Part shown: in pieces, positions 1-11,958 of the stretch
Layout of the letters: each line of letters starts with the position of its first letter
Position numbering within the stretch: position 1 is the stretch's first letter
Assembly (NCBI GenBank): GCA_048213135.1
Contig: PS015256.1
Span: 6,284-52,526, forward strand
Source: Reclinomonas americana ATCC 50394
Lineage: Eukaryota
Length of the DNA: 46,243 bases
Direction: 5' to 3'
Made by a program: the position numbers and the translations under genes
The notes under the pieces: generated by a model
Database searches by the model: none
What the model saw: the letters and a program-made list of their open reading frames with translations, nothing else
Told to the model about the DNA's origin: nothing

Positions 1-606
1 CTTGTTGCTGGCGTGGCATCGCAGCAAGATGATGAGCTCATCCTCGGCCGTCGTCCACTCGTCGCTTCTCACATTGGGATCCAGGTGATTCCAGTAGCGC
101 TCTCGGCACTGTTTGCCGACGCGACCGGAGCCGAGCATACGCGCCACCAGCGACCAGCGACTCGTGCCGTGCACAATCACCAGCTGGATGTCGACGAGGA
201 GAGACAAGTCAGCGACCAAAAGAAACGAAATGAGAGAGCGTAAAAAGCATGCGCAACTCGACGCAGACGCTCGTCTTCCTCGGCGGTCCACACGCGCTTC
301 GAGGAGCCGGAGCGCTGGAAACGACCTGTGTGTGCCCGCGGTGAGTGGCCAAGGAGGGAGAGGGAGAAGGAAAGGGAGAGGGAGAGGGAGAAGGAAAGGG
401 AGAAGGAAAGGGAGAGGGAGATGGAAAGAGAGGCAGGGGAAAGCAAGAGGAAACGCACGTTCTTGCGTGTTCTCAATCACTTGCAGCAGCTCTGATGCGG
501 TGGCTGATGTTCCCATGGGGCTCGACTCGGACGCTGCGTTGTCACCGCCGCAGTCGGTCACATGGACGACGCCACCGGCCGGCGACATGAGCATGGGCGA
601 CGACAT
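1..606 (-). CDS. R2R3-Myb transcription factor (Myb-A); 3' end runs off the window, true start may lie upstream
   Basis: Removing introns 458-326 (GTGCGT..CAG) and 257-184 (GTTGCG..CAG) gives KRVWTAEEDERLRRLVIVHGTSRWSLVARMLGSGRVGKQCRERYWNHLDPNVRSDEWTTAEDELIILLR, with typical Myb Trp spacing and the KQCRER..NHLDP motif. Confidence 0.9.
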   Translation of the reverse strand, partial: MSSPMLMSPAGGVVHVTDCGGDNAASESSPMGTSATASELLQVIENTQERAFPLAFPCLSFHLPLPFLLPFLLPLPLPFLLPLPPWPLTAGTHRSFPALRLLEARVDRRGRRASASSCACFLRSLISFLLVADLSLLVDIQLVIVHGTSRWSLVARMLGSGRVGKQCRERYWNHLDPNVRSDEWTTAEDELIILLRCHASNK

Positions 607-959
607 GGTGGTTGGCGGTGGTGGTGGTGGTGGTGGGGGTGGTAAAGGCTGGAGGGTGTCAGCGGGTAAAGGTCTGCGCACAACCAGCGAGAGAAAAAAG
701 GCAATGCCGCGAATTAAGCAACCACAACACCCACAAAGCAGGCTTCACCAAATGGACAGCGCACAACAAGGAAAGCAGCAGTGATGCGAGGGGTGCGCAT
801 GTGCAGCGCGCGATGACCGTTCAATTGGAGGTGGAGGTGGGAGAGGGACGGAGAAGGGGGGAGGAAAGGGGGAAGGTGAGAGGGGGAAAGAAAAGGAAGG
901 GGAGAGGAAACCAAGGTGAGTTGGAGCGATTCCTTGGTCGAGACAAGTAGAGCACCGAT

Positions 960-1800
960 AAAGGATGCAAAGTGAGGGAAAATGTGCGGAGAAAAACATG
1001 AATGATGCGGGGAGGGAGGTGAAGAGAGAGGAGGAAGGAGGAAGGGAGAAGGGAAGGGGGAGGGAGAAGGGAAGGGAAAAGGGAAGGGGGAGGAAGAAGG
1101 GAAGGAGGGAACGGAGAAGGCAGAAGGGAAAACGAGGGAAAGAGGAAGGGAGAGGAGAGTGCGAGGGCAGGGGGAGGAAGAGGGACGAGAGGAGGAAAGA
1201 CAAGTGCATGATGCGAGAAACAGCAGGTTTTGCGCAAGAACACAAACTGGATGCAGAGGATGGGAAGGGAAAAGAGGCGAAGCGCAACCAGAAGAGGAGT
1301 AAAGAGAGAAGAGAGTAAAGAGAACAAGCTCGAGTGCATGATGCGAGAAACAGGAGGTTTTGCACGGGAAAACAAGAAGAATGAAGGGGAAGGGGGAAAA
1401 AGAGAGAAAAGTGACCTGAGAAGATATGGAAAACGCTGAGGGAAGAGCTCAGGGGCAAGAGCGGCGCTTGTGGTGAGAGTCTTTGCACAGGAGGAGCGGC
1501 CAGAGAGGAGAAAAGAGAAAGAGCCAAACAAGGCGGTTCCCCTGATGTGAGAAAGACAGAAGAATTCGCACAGGAACACAAGGAGAAGCGCGAGGAACAT
1601 GAGAGGCCAGAGAGGAGAGAAGAGAAAGGGCCAAACAAGAATCGGTGCCCGTGATGTGGGAAAGACAAGAGCACAGGAAAACAAGGAGAATGAAGAGGGC
1701 GAGAAGCGCAAGGGCATGAGAGGCCAGAGAGGAGAAAAGAGGAAGGGCCAAACAAGGCGGTTCTCCTCAGACAAGAGGATGCGCACAGGAACGCAGGTAA
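960..1800. repeat. Purine-rich degenerate tandem repeat / low-complexity region
   Basis: The block ggccagagaggagaaaagag..gccaaacaag recurs at about 1498, 1605 and 1722. The block gtgcatgatgcgagaaacag.aggttttgc recurs at about 1204 and 1334. Confidence 0.75.
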
Positions 1801-1934
1801 GATGAGAGACAGAGAGAAGACTCGCAAAAGATAACAACGGAGAATCAAGGAAAGCGGGAAAGAGCACACCAGAGTGGAGGGTGAGAGAACAGGCAGTGGA
1901 AGAGAAAAGCCGCATCTGCGATGACGAGCAACAG

Positions 1935-1965
<31 letters not shown>

Positions 1966-2753
1966 ACCAAAACACAGCAAGTATTTGGCGGAAAAGCCAT
2001 CAAGTGCAAACACGCAAAAAAAGGAAGAGGATAGACGAGGTGCGCGCGGGCAATGATTGTGTGAGTATGAGTGAGTGTGTGCGTGTGCAATGATGTTGGA
2101 AAAAAAAGGAGATGAACACACGAGATCTCGGACGCTGATCATTGTGCGAGAGAAAGCATTCTCATGAATATAGTGGCAAGAGCGCGCTTATGTGGAGCGA
2201 TCATAGACACCCACTACATGTGTGAGCGTGGAAAAAAGGAAGAGCGCAGGGGACTCAAAGAGAGAGAGGAGCGTCTTCTCGCCCTTCGAACACGAGAAAT
2301 CGAACACATGGACCCGCCGCTCACACACACTCACACACTCTCACCGCAACACACTGGAGACCTCTGCGCGTGCGCGCTCTATCAGGCACTTCAATTGCTC
2401 ACACAGCGCAAGAGAGAAGAACACGCAATAGGAGAACACTCACACTTGATCAGCGCGAGAGCATTGAATGTGCAGTTCACTCTCGGAAGAAGCAGGAGAA
2501 GAACAGAGGCGATGCTCACTCACAGTGTGCGCGTGTGCGTTTGTGTGTGAGAGAGAAGGGGAGGGAACTCGTGACAAGAGTGGTGTATATGTACGTTGCA
2601 ACGGACTTGGCGCGCGCTCACCTCTTGTGTGTCAACAGATCGCCTCTTGCGCCACCAGACCAGCAAGAGCGCCACTCGCTTCTACTGTTGCTCGCTTGGC
2701 GCACGCGCCTCACCACGTGTACACGTGTGCGTGAGTGTGAGTGTGTGAGGTTA

Positions 2754-3200
2754 CTATGACTTCTCTCGCCTCGCAAATGAGATTGTTGGAGTGGGTGCAA
2801 TTGAGGCGATGATTGCGCGCGCTCGTCGGCCAACTGCATCTTCGTTGTGCACGCGCGGCAGGTACCCTTTCCGGTGGCGGGAGGCGTGCCGTACTTCAAA
2901 ATGGCTACGGTGAATCGTGCCGGTCATGATTGAAGGGGATCCGGAGAGTGTGGCGGTGCAAGTTGAGCTGCAAAATGAATTCGCATGTGTGAGCTCGTGA
3001 ATCTGACACTGCGTGTTGTGTCTCTGCGGTCTGTGTACCCACCAGTGCCACGTACTTGATCCACACTGCGGGTGGGGCATCTGAGAGCACCAACAAGAGT
3101 GTGATTTCGAACTCGTGGACAACTGTTTGTTGTGGTTTTGCGCCATGCAGGATTCGGTGCGTCGTGTTGCAACCGCAACCAGGCGCAAGGCAGGTGCACC
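2754..3200 (-). CDS. Putative terminal exons of a hypothetical protein
   Basis: ...LLLVLSDAPPAVWI, then a GTACGT..TTTGCAG intron, then STCTATLSGSP...ISFARREKS* joins in frame. No family recognised. Confidence 0.3.
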   Translation of the reverse strand, partial: GAPALRLVAVATRRTESCMAQNHNKQLSTSSKSHSCWCSQMPHPQCGSSTWHWWVHRPQRHNTQCQIHELTHANSFCSSTCTATLSGSPSIMTGTIHRSHFEVRHASRHRKGYLPRVHNEDAVGRRARAIIASIAPTPTISFARREKS

Positions 3201-3544
3201 GGCTTTGGGCCGTTGCCGCATGCACGATTCGGTGGGGGACCGGGTCAAGGGCAAGCGGAAGGGACGAGACATGTACAGCAGCTGCTGGGTCCGGGTCCGG
3301 ATCGATCCGTCACTGCTGCAGCTGCCATGAAGGCAAAAGGCTTGCTATCCGTCGAAGCTGTTCTCGTATGCAGGATTCGATGGAAGAGGCGCGTGGGACT
3401 GTTGAATGTCAGAGGAGAGAACAAGGGCATGAGAGAGGAAGGAGACCGCAGCTGCGTCCGGTTCCTTGCTTTCGTTGGTCGCTGAAGGCAGCGACCGAGG
3501 GAAAAGCGAAACCGCGGCGCGAATGCTTGACTCTCTGTGGAGCT

Positions 3545-3885
3545 GGACGATGAGCCGGGAGGAGCACAAGAGCACGAGACGGTCCGGACTTCCTTCCCCG
3601 ATAGAACTGAAGGCCAAGGCCGAGGGAATGCTCTCGCTCTCCTTCGAAGCCACTGCCGGAAGCTTGTCTCCGTGGAGGCAACAGCAGCGGGCACATGGAC
3701 GAAGAACCGGGAGGAGCACAAGAGCACGAGACGGTCCGGACTTCCTTCCCCGATGTGGCTGAAGGCCGAGACCGAGGGAATGCTCTCGCTCTCCTTCGAA
3801 GCCACTGCCGGAAGCTTGTCTCCGTGGAGGCAACAGCAGCGGGCACATGGCCGAAGAGCCGGGAGGAGCACAAGAGCACGAGGGA
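3545..3885. repeat. 152-bp tandem repeat, about 2.3 copies
   Basis: ggagcacaagagcacgag starts at 3561, 3713 and 3865, with near-identical sequence between copies. Confidence 0.9.
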
Positions 3886-4357
3886 GGAAAACAACGGTGA
3901 TGGTTCTCGTGTATCGCTGCGGTCGCTGAGGGCCGCTCTTGATCTGACCTTGATCTCTTCCGCAGCTGCTGTCGGATGCTTGATTCTGCGCGCGTTTAGT
4001 GGAGCGTGCTAGGAATTCAGTCGATGTACAAGAGAAAGGAGAAGCAACTCACCTCCAGAGGTGCGATCGCACCGCGATCACCGCTGCAAACGATGCAAAG
4101 TGAGGGCCAAGTGCTCGTGCACACGCAACACAAAGTACCATCTCGGGCGCTGCTGATCCCGGCCAGCGACAGAGAGGATCATGCAGCGTTGCTTCGCTGA
4201 GCGTGATGCCAAACACAACAAGAGGGAGAACGCACTGCAACACACCACAACAAGCACTTCACTACCACCCCTCCTCTTCACGATACACATACAATCAACG
4301 CCACTGTGCAGCGGGTGATCCGCACACCGCGCGGTCGCCGGAAAAAATCGACGAGTA

Positions 4358-4850
4358 TCACCACCCTCGCAAAGTAATAGCAAACTGATCCCACTCCTTC
4401 ACAGCTGCGTGGCTGTGAGACGTGATGCATAAGAGCTGCGCTTCCAGTGTGACCAAAAGCCGCTCAACATCCTCTGCGACTTCCATCTTCGGCAGGCAAG
4501 CAGCAAGCACTCGCCGCATCGCCATCACTGTCTCTTGTGCCTCCTGCGTGCGCTGCGCCATCATGCAGTCGTTGTAGTGCAACACCACATACATGTGGTT
4601 CCCGGTCGCTTGCACCCCAGCAATCGTCTCCGGCTTGAGAAAGGGATTGCTCGCCGGGTCCACGTACCGCCTGTTGTCGGAGAAGTACTCGAACTCCGCC
4701 GCGAAATGCCTGTCGCGCATCGCTTGCTGCGAAGGAGTGCGAGTGTGCGGGTTGCGGTAGGAGGCGACGAGTTCTTCGAAAGTCAGGTCATCGCGGGTCG
4801 ACATGGATTTGATGCGTGGCAAGAGGTCCTGCAGGGCGACGTGTGGCATG
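4358..4850 (-). CDS. Hypothetical protein, unknown domain, copy B
   Basis: Open frame YRNPHTRTPSQQAMRD..YVDPASNPF..GNHMYVVLHY..TLEAQLLC..KEWDQFA aligns with the ORF at 5617-6078 through conservative substitutions. Boundaries uncertain. Confidence 0.6.
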
Positions 4851-5616
4851 CACGCTGTCGAGTGGACGTCGAGTGCACCGCAACCAGACGCAAGGCGGGT
4901 GTACGAGGAAGAACGACGACGTACTGGACCGCATGCAGACTCATGATCATGTCGGAAAATGGCCAACGGAAAGGCGAAGCCACTGCCGGATGCTTGATTT
5001 TATATGGACGAAACAGCAGCGGGCCGGGGGGTGGGGGTGGGGGGTGGGGCGGGAAGAGTTGGGAGGAAAGCAACGCTTACGACGGTCCACCTGCCTTCGC
5101 CGACGCGGCTGAAGGCAAAGGCCGAGGGGAAAGCTCTCGATCTTCTTCGAAGTCGCCGGATCTTGATCCTCTGTGAAGGCAACAGCAGCGTGCAACAGGG
5201 CGGAGAGCCGGGAGGGTCACAAGAGCACGTGTCATGAAAACAAAGATGTCCTCGTATTCCGCTGCCGTTGCCGATGGGCAAGACCGCTCTTGATCTCTTT
5301 CGTAGCCACTGCCGAAAGCTTGAGATTCTGCGTGCGTGTAGCGCCGTGTGCCAGCAAGTCAGTCAATGATCAACGATGAGGCGCCAGAGAAAGGAGAAGC
5401 AGCCCACCTCCAGAGGTGCGCATCCGTGTTCTCACTGCAGGCACCGCTGAACACGAAGTGATACAAGCACCGCCAAGTACCGCCATCTCGCACACGGATC
5501 GCCGCCAGCCGCAGTGCTGACCTGCCCAGAGCGAGAATGCACCGCAATACAATACAACAAGCACTTCACTGCCATTTCTCCTCTTCACCACACGCCACTG
5601 CACGCTGCGGGGGCAA

Positions 5617-6078
5617 TCATCGACCACCGCTGTCGCCACCTCCCAATGCCGTCGCAAACTGACGCCACTCCTTCAGTCCTTCTTCGGAGTGACAGCGGAG
5701 ACATTCGAGCTGCGCGTCCAAGGTAAGCAAACACTCCTCGATGCGCTGCATATGGCCGATCGCCACCACGTCCATTTCACGACGCAAACGCAGCCAGTTG
5801 CGCAGGCAATCCATCGAGCTCATCACCTGCTGCATCTCGTACGCGCGCATCGCCGTCATGCATTCGCTGTAGTACAACACCACCATCACGTGATTGCCGC
5901 TCGCCTGCAGCGCGGCAATCACCTCCAGGTCGATAAAGGGATTGCTCGCCGGCTCCACGTATCGCTTGCTGTCGGAGTAGAACTCCAACTGTGACGCGTA
6001 ATAATTGTCGCGCATCACTCGCTGCAAAGGCGAGCACTTGTGCGGGTCGCGGTAGAAGACGGCGCTCGCGAGCTCCAT
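5617..6078 (-). CDS. Hypothetical protein, unknown domain, copy A
   Basis: YRDPHKCSPLQRVMRD..YVEPASNPF..GNHVMVVLYY..TLDAQLEC..KEWRQFA; paralog of 4358-4850. Start taken at MELAS (6078) and is uncertain. Confidence 0.6.
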   Translation of the reverse strand: MELASAVFYRDPHKCSPLQRVMRDNYYASQLEFYSDSKRYVEPASNPFIDLEVIAALQASGNHVMVVLYYSECMTAMRAYEMQQVMSSMDCLRNWLRLRREMDVVAIGHMQRIEECLLTLDAQLECLRCHSEEGLKEWRQFATALGGGDSGGR

Positions 6079-6122
6079 CGAGAAGACAAGACAGAGCTGT
6101 TGCGTGTCCTGTGTCTTCGTCA

Positions 6123-8034
6123 ATGGCCGCGTTGCACGTGACAGGTGCGTCGCCTCCTCCACCACGACGTCCACTCGCTCGCTCTCACTGCTCACTCACA
6201 GGACTCGCTGGCTCCGGCAAGCACACGCTGCTCGTGCAGACATGCGCCTCCTTCTCCTCCTCGTCGCTGGAGTCCACGTTCTGGGTGCATCACTTTACGC
6301 CGGCACTGCTGCAGCTGTTGGAGAGTGCGACGCAGGAGGTTGATGGGGCGTTGCAGGTGGAGGCGTTGGAGGCGGCGGGGGTGCTGTTGAAGCGGCTGGA
6401 GGAGTGTTTGGTGGAGGTGCGAGAGGGGCAGGTGGAGCAGGAGGAGCTGCGGCGGTGTGCGGAGGCGGTGGTGCGGGTGTGTCGGGAGCATGGGTTGGTG
6501 GAGGTGGTGTGGAGGGATGCAGGTGGGTGGGTGGGAAGGAGGGAGGGAGGAGAGAGGGAGAAGGGAGATGAATGCAGAGGCTCTGTGAGGGTGGCAGATA
6601 AGGAGGAGTGGATGAGGAAGCTCTCTCTTTCTCGTGTCTCTCCTCTCTTTGCAAGCTGGACTGTGAGTATCAAGTATTTGGGAATCGCGGACTTGGCTGC
6701 CTCCTCTCTTCCCTCGCTTGCTCTTGCCCTTGGTGTGCGAGGAATCTATCTCCTCCTGTCTTGTGCTTTGCGATCAACGACCAGACTTGCTTATAATACG
6801 TGACCCAGTGTCAAGGGCTCTATGTGTTGGAGAGAGTGGCTTGCATTTCTTTCCCCGTTTTTTCTGAGACAACTCGCTCCACCGTTACCCCCCCTCCGCA
6901 GTCGTGCAGAACGCTTTTGCCTTGAGACATCACACGGCACCCGAGTGTCCATCATGGCTGGCGTAGTTTTGTTTTTCTGCCTCCCCCTTCGCACATTCGC
7001 GATTCCGACTTCTTATCCTTCGTGTGGCGCAGCGTTCTCGACCAATTCGACCGCCTCGCCACACCTGGCGCCCGGCTGACCGCCGAGGATGTGGCGCGCC
7101 TCGGCTCCGTTCTGCACCCACAGCTGCTGGCGGAACCAGTGTCACTGCCCGACGGCACCACGTGCGTCCACTGTCCCCCCTCCTTCGCCTCCTCGCATCT
7201 CCTCACACACTCTTCACACAGCCTCGTCACCGACTCGAGTCTTGCCGCCGCCTCCGTCGACATTGACACAATTCTCTTCCTGTGCGCCGCCTCTGACCTC
7301 GCGCAGCTGCCGGCCGCCCTCGATGCCTTCCAGCAGCTGTGCACACGCCACAAGAGAGTACCGCACATTGCCGTGGCGCTGACGCACACCGACGCACTGT
7401 TTCTGTCGCTGCCGCCCGACTCGGCGCTGCCGATGAGTGCCGCCTTTGATGCGCACGGCCAGGTGTCGTGGGAGGGCGTGGTGTTTCCGTCACACCGACT
7501 GTCGTTCCTGCCGCGCGAGTTGATGGCGTCGTCGCCGGCGGGCACGCTTCGGGAGGACGAGTGGTATCGCACAGGGCAGGCGATGCAGGCCGCGATGGTG
7601 GAGCCAGGTGTGTGTGTGTGTGAGTGGCAAAGGAGTGGGAGACACTTCCTTCTCACCCTTGTTTACGTGGCAGACGCCGTGGCGCTGGCCATGGAGCGCC
7701 GCCCCGGTTGGATTCCGCTCCCACGACGCGAGCGACAACGGTACGCCGAGGCACTCCGGCAGCTGTGCCCCGAGTTCGAGTGCGGCGATGAGGACGACCT
7801 GGCGGGTGTGTGTGTGTGCATCGATGCAAGTACAAGGAGTGGTGCGTCTCACACTGACGTGTGTGCACAGACTTCACGATCCTGAACGCGCTGGCATGCG
7901 AGGCCAATGCCTTTCGCGAACGCGCGGCTGGTCGCGACTTGCGGATATTCGCCGTCAACATGCTGGACCAGGACGATGCGGTGGCGCTGGTACAGTCGTT
8001 GGTGGAGGAGGATGGGGGTGGCGTGACGAAGTAA
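6123..8034 (+). CDS. Highly divergent heterotrimeric G-protein alpha-subunit-like protein (probable pseudo-GTPase)
   Basis: Exons 6123-6144, 6201-6522, 6902-6962, 7033-7161, 7222-7607, 7674-7805 and 7871-8034 join in frame through GT-AG introns. Galpha landmarks occur in order: LHVTGLAGSGKHTLL (P-loop), a helical insert ending WRDAVVQNAF, LDQFDRLATPGARLTAEDV, IDTILFLCAASD, IAVALTHTD, LRQLCPEF, RIFAVNMLD. Confidence 0.72.
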
Positions 8035-8980
8035 ACAACGAACTTGTCCCCCAGTCCCATTTCTCCGACATGCATGCAGCGAGAGCAGCAGCAGCAGCAG
8101 CTCTGGTCTGGATCTCTTACAGCTCACTCTCTACCCTCGCCTGCTGCTGACGCCCTCCTGTCACACAGCCACTTGTTTTTCTGCTGATCATCCTCGCTGC
8201 TCGTTACGCATCACTCTCTCTCTCTCTCTCTCTCTCGACTCTCGTCTCTCTCGTCTCTCGTCTACTCGTCTCCTCTCGTCGTCGTACCGTCCGTACCGTA
8301 CCGTCGTCGTCGTACGTCGTCGTCGNNNNNNNNNNNNNNNNNNNNNNNNNNNNNNNNNNNNNNNNNNNNNNNNNNNNNNNNNNNNNNNNNNNNNNNNNNN
8401 NNNNNNNNNNNNNNNNNNNNNNNNNNNNNNNNNNNNNNNNNNNNNNNNNNNNNNNNNNNNNNNNNNNNNNNNNNNNNNNNNNNNNNNNNNNNNNNNNNNN
8501 NNNNNNNNNNNNNNNNNNNNNNNNNNNNNNNNNNNNNNNNNNNNNNNNNNNNNNNNNNNNNNNNNNNNNNNNNNNNNNNNNNNNNNNNNNNNNNNNNNNN
8601 NNNNNNNNNNNNNNNNNNNNNNNNNNNNNNNNNNNNNNNNNNNNNNNNNNNNNNNNNNNNNNNNNNNNNNNNNNNNNNNNNNNNNNNNNNNNNNNNNNNN
8701 NNNNNNNNNNNNNNNNNNNNNNNNNNNNNNNNNNNNNNNNNNNNNNNNNNNNNNNNNNNNNNNNNNNNNNNNNNNNNNNNNNNNNNNNNNNNNNNNNNNN
8801 NNNNNNNNNNNNNNNNNNNNNNNNNNNNNNNNNNNNNNNNNNNNNNNNNNNNNNNNNNNNNNNNNNNNNNNNNNNNNNNNNNNNNNNNNNNNNNNNNNNN
8901 NNNNNNNNNNNNNNNNNNNNNNNNNNNNNNNNNNNNNNNNNNNNCGTTACCGTACGTACGTACGTACGTACGTCGTCGTC

Positions 8981-9186
<206 letters not shown>

Positions 9187-9259
9187 TCTGCTGTGTTCTC
9201 TCTCTCTCTCTACTCCCTCACCTTCTCTCGCTGACCCCTCCACACTCACACACACGCAG

Positions 9260-11958
9260 ATGCCTCCTCGACCACATGCACCTTCCCCTGGTCACTCTTC
9301 CGCGACTCGGCCACCACCTCCACACACCTCCTCACCGCACCCTTTCGCATTCATCGCGAGTGCGCGCGCCAACATCGCGCATGGTTGCAGCTCAATGCGC
9401 AGCTGCTTAGCCTCACTGCACCGCGATATGGCGCCGAGCAGGTGTTGTGGGATGAGCAGGAGGAGGAGGCGGCGAGTGAGGCGATTGTGCGGGCGGGATA
9501 TCGTCTGCGTCGGCATGCGCAGTTTGATAGGGTGAGCGGAGAGAGGGAGGGCGAGGGAGGGAGGGAGGGAGGCAGTGTGACTGCTGTTCTTGGTCTTGAT
9601 CACCTGGGTGACTGCATGCAATCTCGGGAAACGGTCGTAGCTTGCAGTGAGATTTGCTTGCTGTTCTTGGGCTCGAGCTGAAGGAGTCAAGTGAGGAAAA
9701 GGCTTCAGGGTGTGTGCGTCTCGGGAACGGGTGGCAGTGTTTCAGTGAGAGCTGTGTCATCGCCTGCTGAGAGACAAGTGAGGGGATTGTCGGGCGTGTG
9801 GCTGTATTCGTGAGAAGGCCTCGAGAAAGCTGTGAGGAAGAGCAACTGTCTGTGAATCTCGAGTGGTGGCAAGGCTGGCTGTGCGACAACGAGTGTTTGC
9901 AGCTCTCAGTCTCTGGGGAGTCAAGTTGGTTGTGTATGTGAGGAAAAGGCTTCAGGGTGTGAGGAAGAGCGACTGTCTGTAAATCTCGAGCGATGGCAAG
10001 GTGGCAGTGTTGCAGCGAGGTTTTGCATGTCTTTGCATCGCGGTGCAGAGAGAATGCGAGGAAACGTTTCCAGCAGTGAGCGCATTGCGTGTCGAAGATG
10101 GGAAGCGGGAATGGTTGCGACTGCAGCTACACTGTTGTCTGTTGCAGTCGCTATGCTGAGAGGCAGCACCGTTTCCTTCTCTCTTTCTCTCTCCCCTCTC
10201 TTCCCCTTTCGCACCTCCTCACTTCCCCCTCCTCCTCCCCACAGAACACCGGCTACTTCGACATGAACTCTGTGGTGCAGCTGCCTCACCCTCGCCCTCC
10301 CTCCCCTCCCTCGCCCCTTTTCCACCCCTCATTTTCCGTCGTCCTCGACAATGCCGTTGCGTTTTCCCCTTTGTTCACCACCTTCCCCCATCCCCCTCAC
10401 TTAATGCACTTCAGCTGGTCTCCCCCGACGACGAAGTATTCACGGCGCAACACGTCTTTCTCGCCCGCTCATGTATGCCGCGCAGTCGCGACTTTTCGTA
10501 CATGTGGACAGCGGAGTCGTCGGTGCTGCTGGTCGACACGGTGTTGCCGCTGCTGCAGCACCACTCGGACGCATTCTTCCACATTATTGTCGAGTCGCTC
10601 ACGCGCCTGATTCAGGTGTGGCGCACCTCCCCGTGCTGCAACACGCTCCCCTTCTCAACTCAGCTGCGTACAGGTGTGGAGCGAAGTGTATCCGAATCGC
10701 AGCATCCTCATCCTCGCCAAGACGAGCCACTACGGACCGGCTGTGACCTACGAGCTCTTTGAGAGTGTGGGCATTCCGCGTGAGCGAGTTTCGTAGCGTC
10801 GACGCATGTGGTGGGTCAAAAGGTGCTCTCTTTCTTACTTTCTTCGCACAGATCATTCTCGATCCACCACCCGTGATGGCCCGCAAGGTCTACTTTGTCA
10901 GCGGCGTGTCGTGCTGCCAGCCGCACCCACAGTTGGTCACCGAGTTGGCGCGGGTGGTGAACGTGGTGCATGGTGAGATGGTGCGCGTTGCCATGCGAGA
11001 GGTGTTTGAAGGTGCGCCGGGGGGAGGGAAGTGCAAAGGGAAAGGGAGTGGAGGGAAAGGGAGGAAGGTGTACGTAATGCTCACGATCAATCACCGATTG
11101 ATCTCGCGGTGAGAGAGAGAATTGCGTAGACTTCATATGAAAAAGGGTGGAGGTGGGGGGCGGAGGGGGGTGGGTGAGAGAGAGAGGGGGAGGAGAGAGA
11201 GAGAGAACTGCATGCGTAGGGTGCAGTGAGTGCCTACTCGCTTACCGCACTCAGGCAGTCGATGCACTCCCTCATCCGCTCACTTGAGACGCACAGCATC
11301 CACGCTCTGCATGCTCACAAGCCCTTCTCCTCTCTTATCCTTAGGCCAGCAACTCTGGTGGTCCTCGCCCGCCCACCTCGCCCACCACCGCCGCCGCCGT
11401 CGCGTTCTCATCCTCCGTCGTCTGGGCACTCGACAACTCACCAATCACGACGAGGTGTGTTTCCCCAGTCCCCTCTTCCTTTCCTCCATCCCTTCCTCAC
11501 ATCTCCCACTGCAGGTGATTGCCATGATGATCGACAAGTTCCCGCACTTTGACCTGGCGGTGATGGGCCCCTCCGCCTCGGTGGCGGAGGGCATGGCGCA
11601 GGCGGCTCGTGCCGACATTGTGTTCGGGCCTCACGGCGCCGGCTTTGCGTTCCGCGCGCTGGTCGCTCGTCGGCCGTGTGCACACGTAGAAATTACGCCG
11701 GCGTCGGGCTTCCCCGCCAGCCAGCCGTGGGATCCGTGTCAAGTGGTCGTGGCGGTGGCGCAGGTGAGTGAGAGATGAGGGAGGGGAGCGACTGATACAA
11801 AGAGCGTGCTGTTCACTGATCTGTTTGTGCAGGGCTGTCAAGCATTCGTGTACACGGACAAGAATGCCACGCGCAACACCGACCTCTATGCGCCCGTCGG
11901 CGACGTGCAATGGTTGCTGGAGCAGGCGGATCATTACCTCGAATCGCAGGGTGGCTGA
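9260..11958 (+). CDS. Glycosyltransferase family 61 (DUF563)-like protein, multi-exon; 5' end probably in the gap
   Basis: DAFFHIIVESLTRL, RVLILRRLGTRQLTNHDE and ARADIVFGPHGAG..HVEITP occur in the order typical of GT61. The last exon GCQAFVYTD...ESQGG* stops at 11956-11958. Confidence 0.7.

Noticed and set aside
745-2142. Long Leu/Ser/Phe-rich ORFs (465 aa and 384 aa)
   Set aside because: They result from stop-poor CT-rich repeats, are open in several frames and show no protein-like motif.
9690-10000. Short direct repeats (gtgaggaaaaggcttcagggtgtg) suggesting a mobile element
   Set aside because: No terminal inverted repeats, target duplication or coding capacity; probably a local duplication within a GT61 intron.
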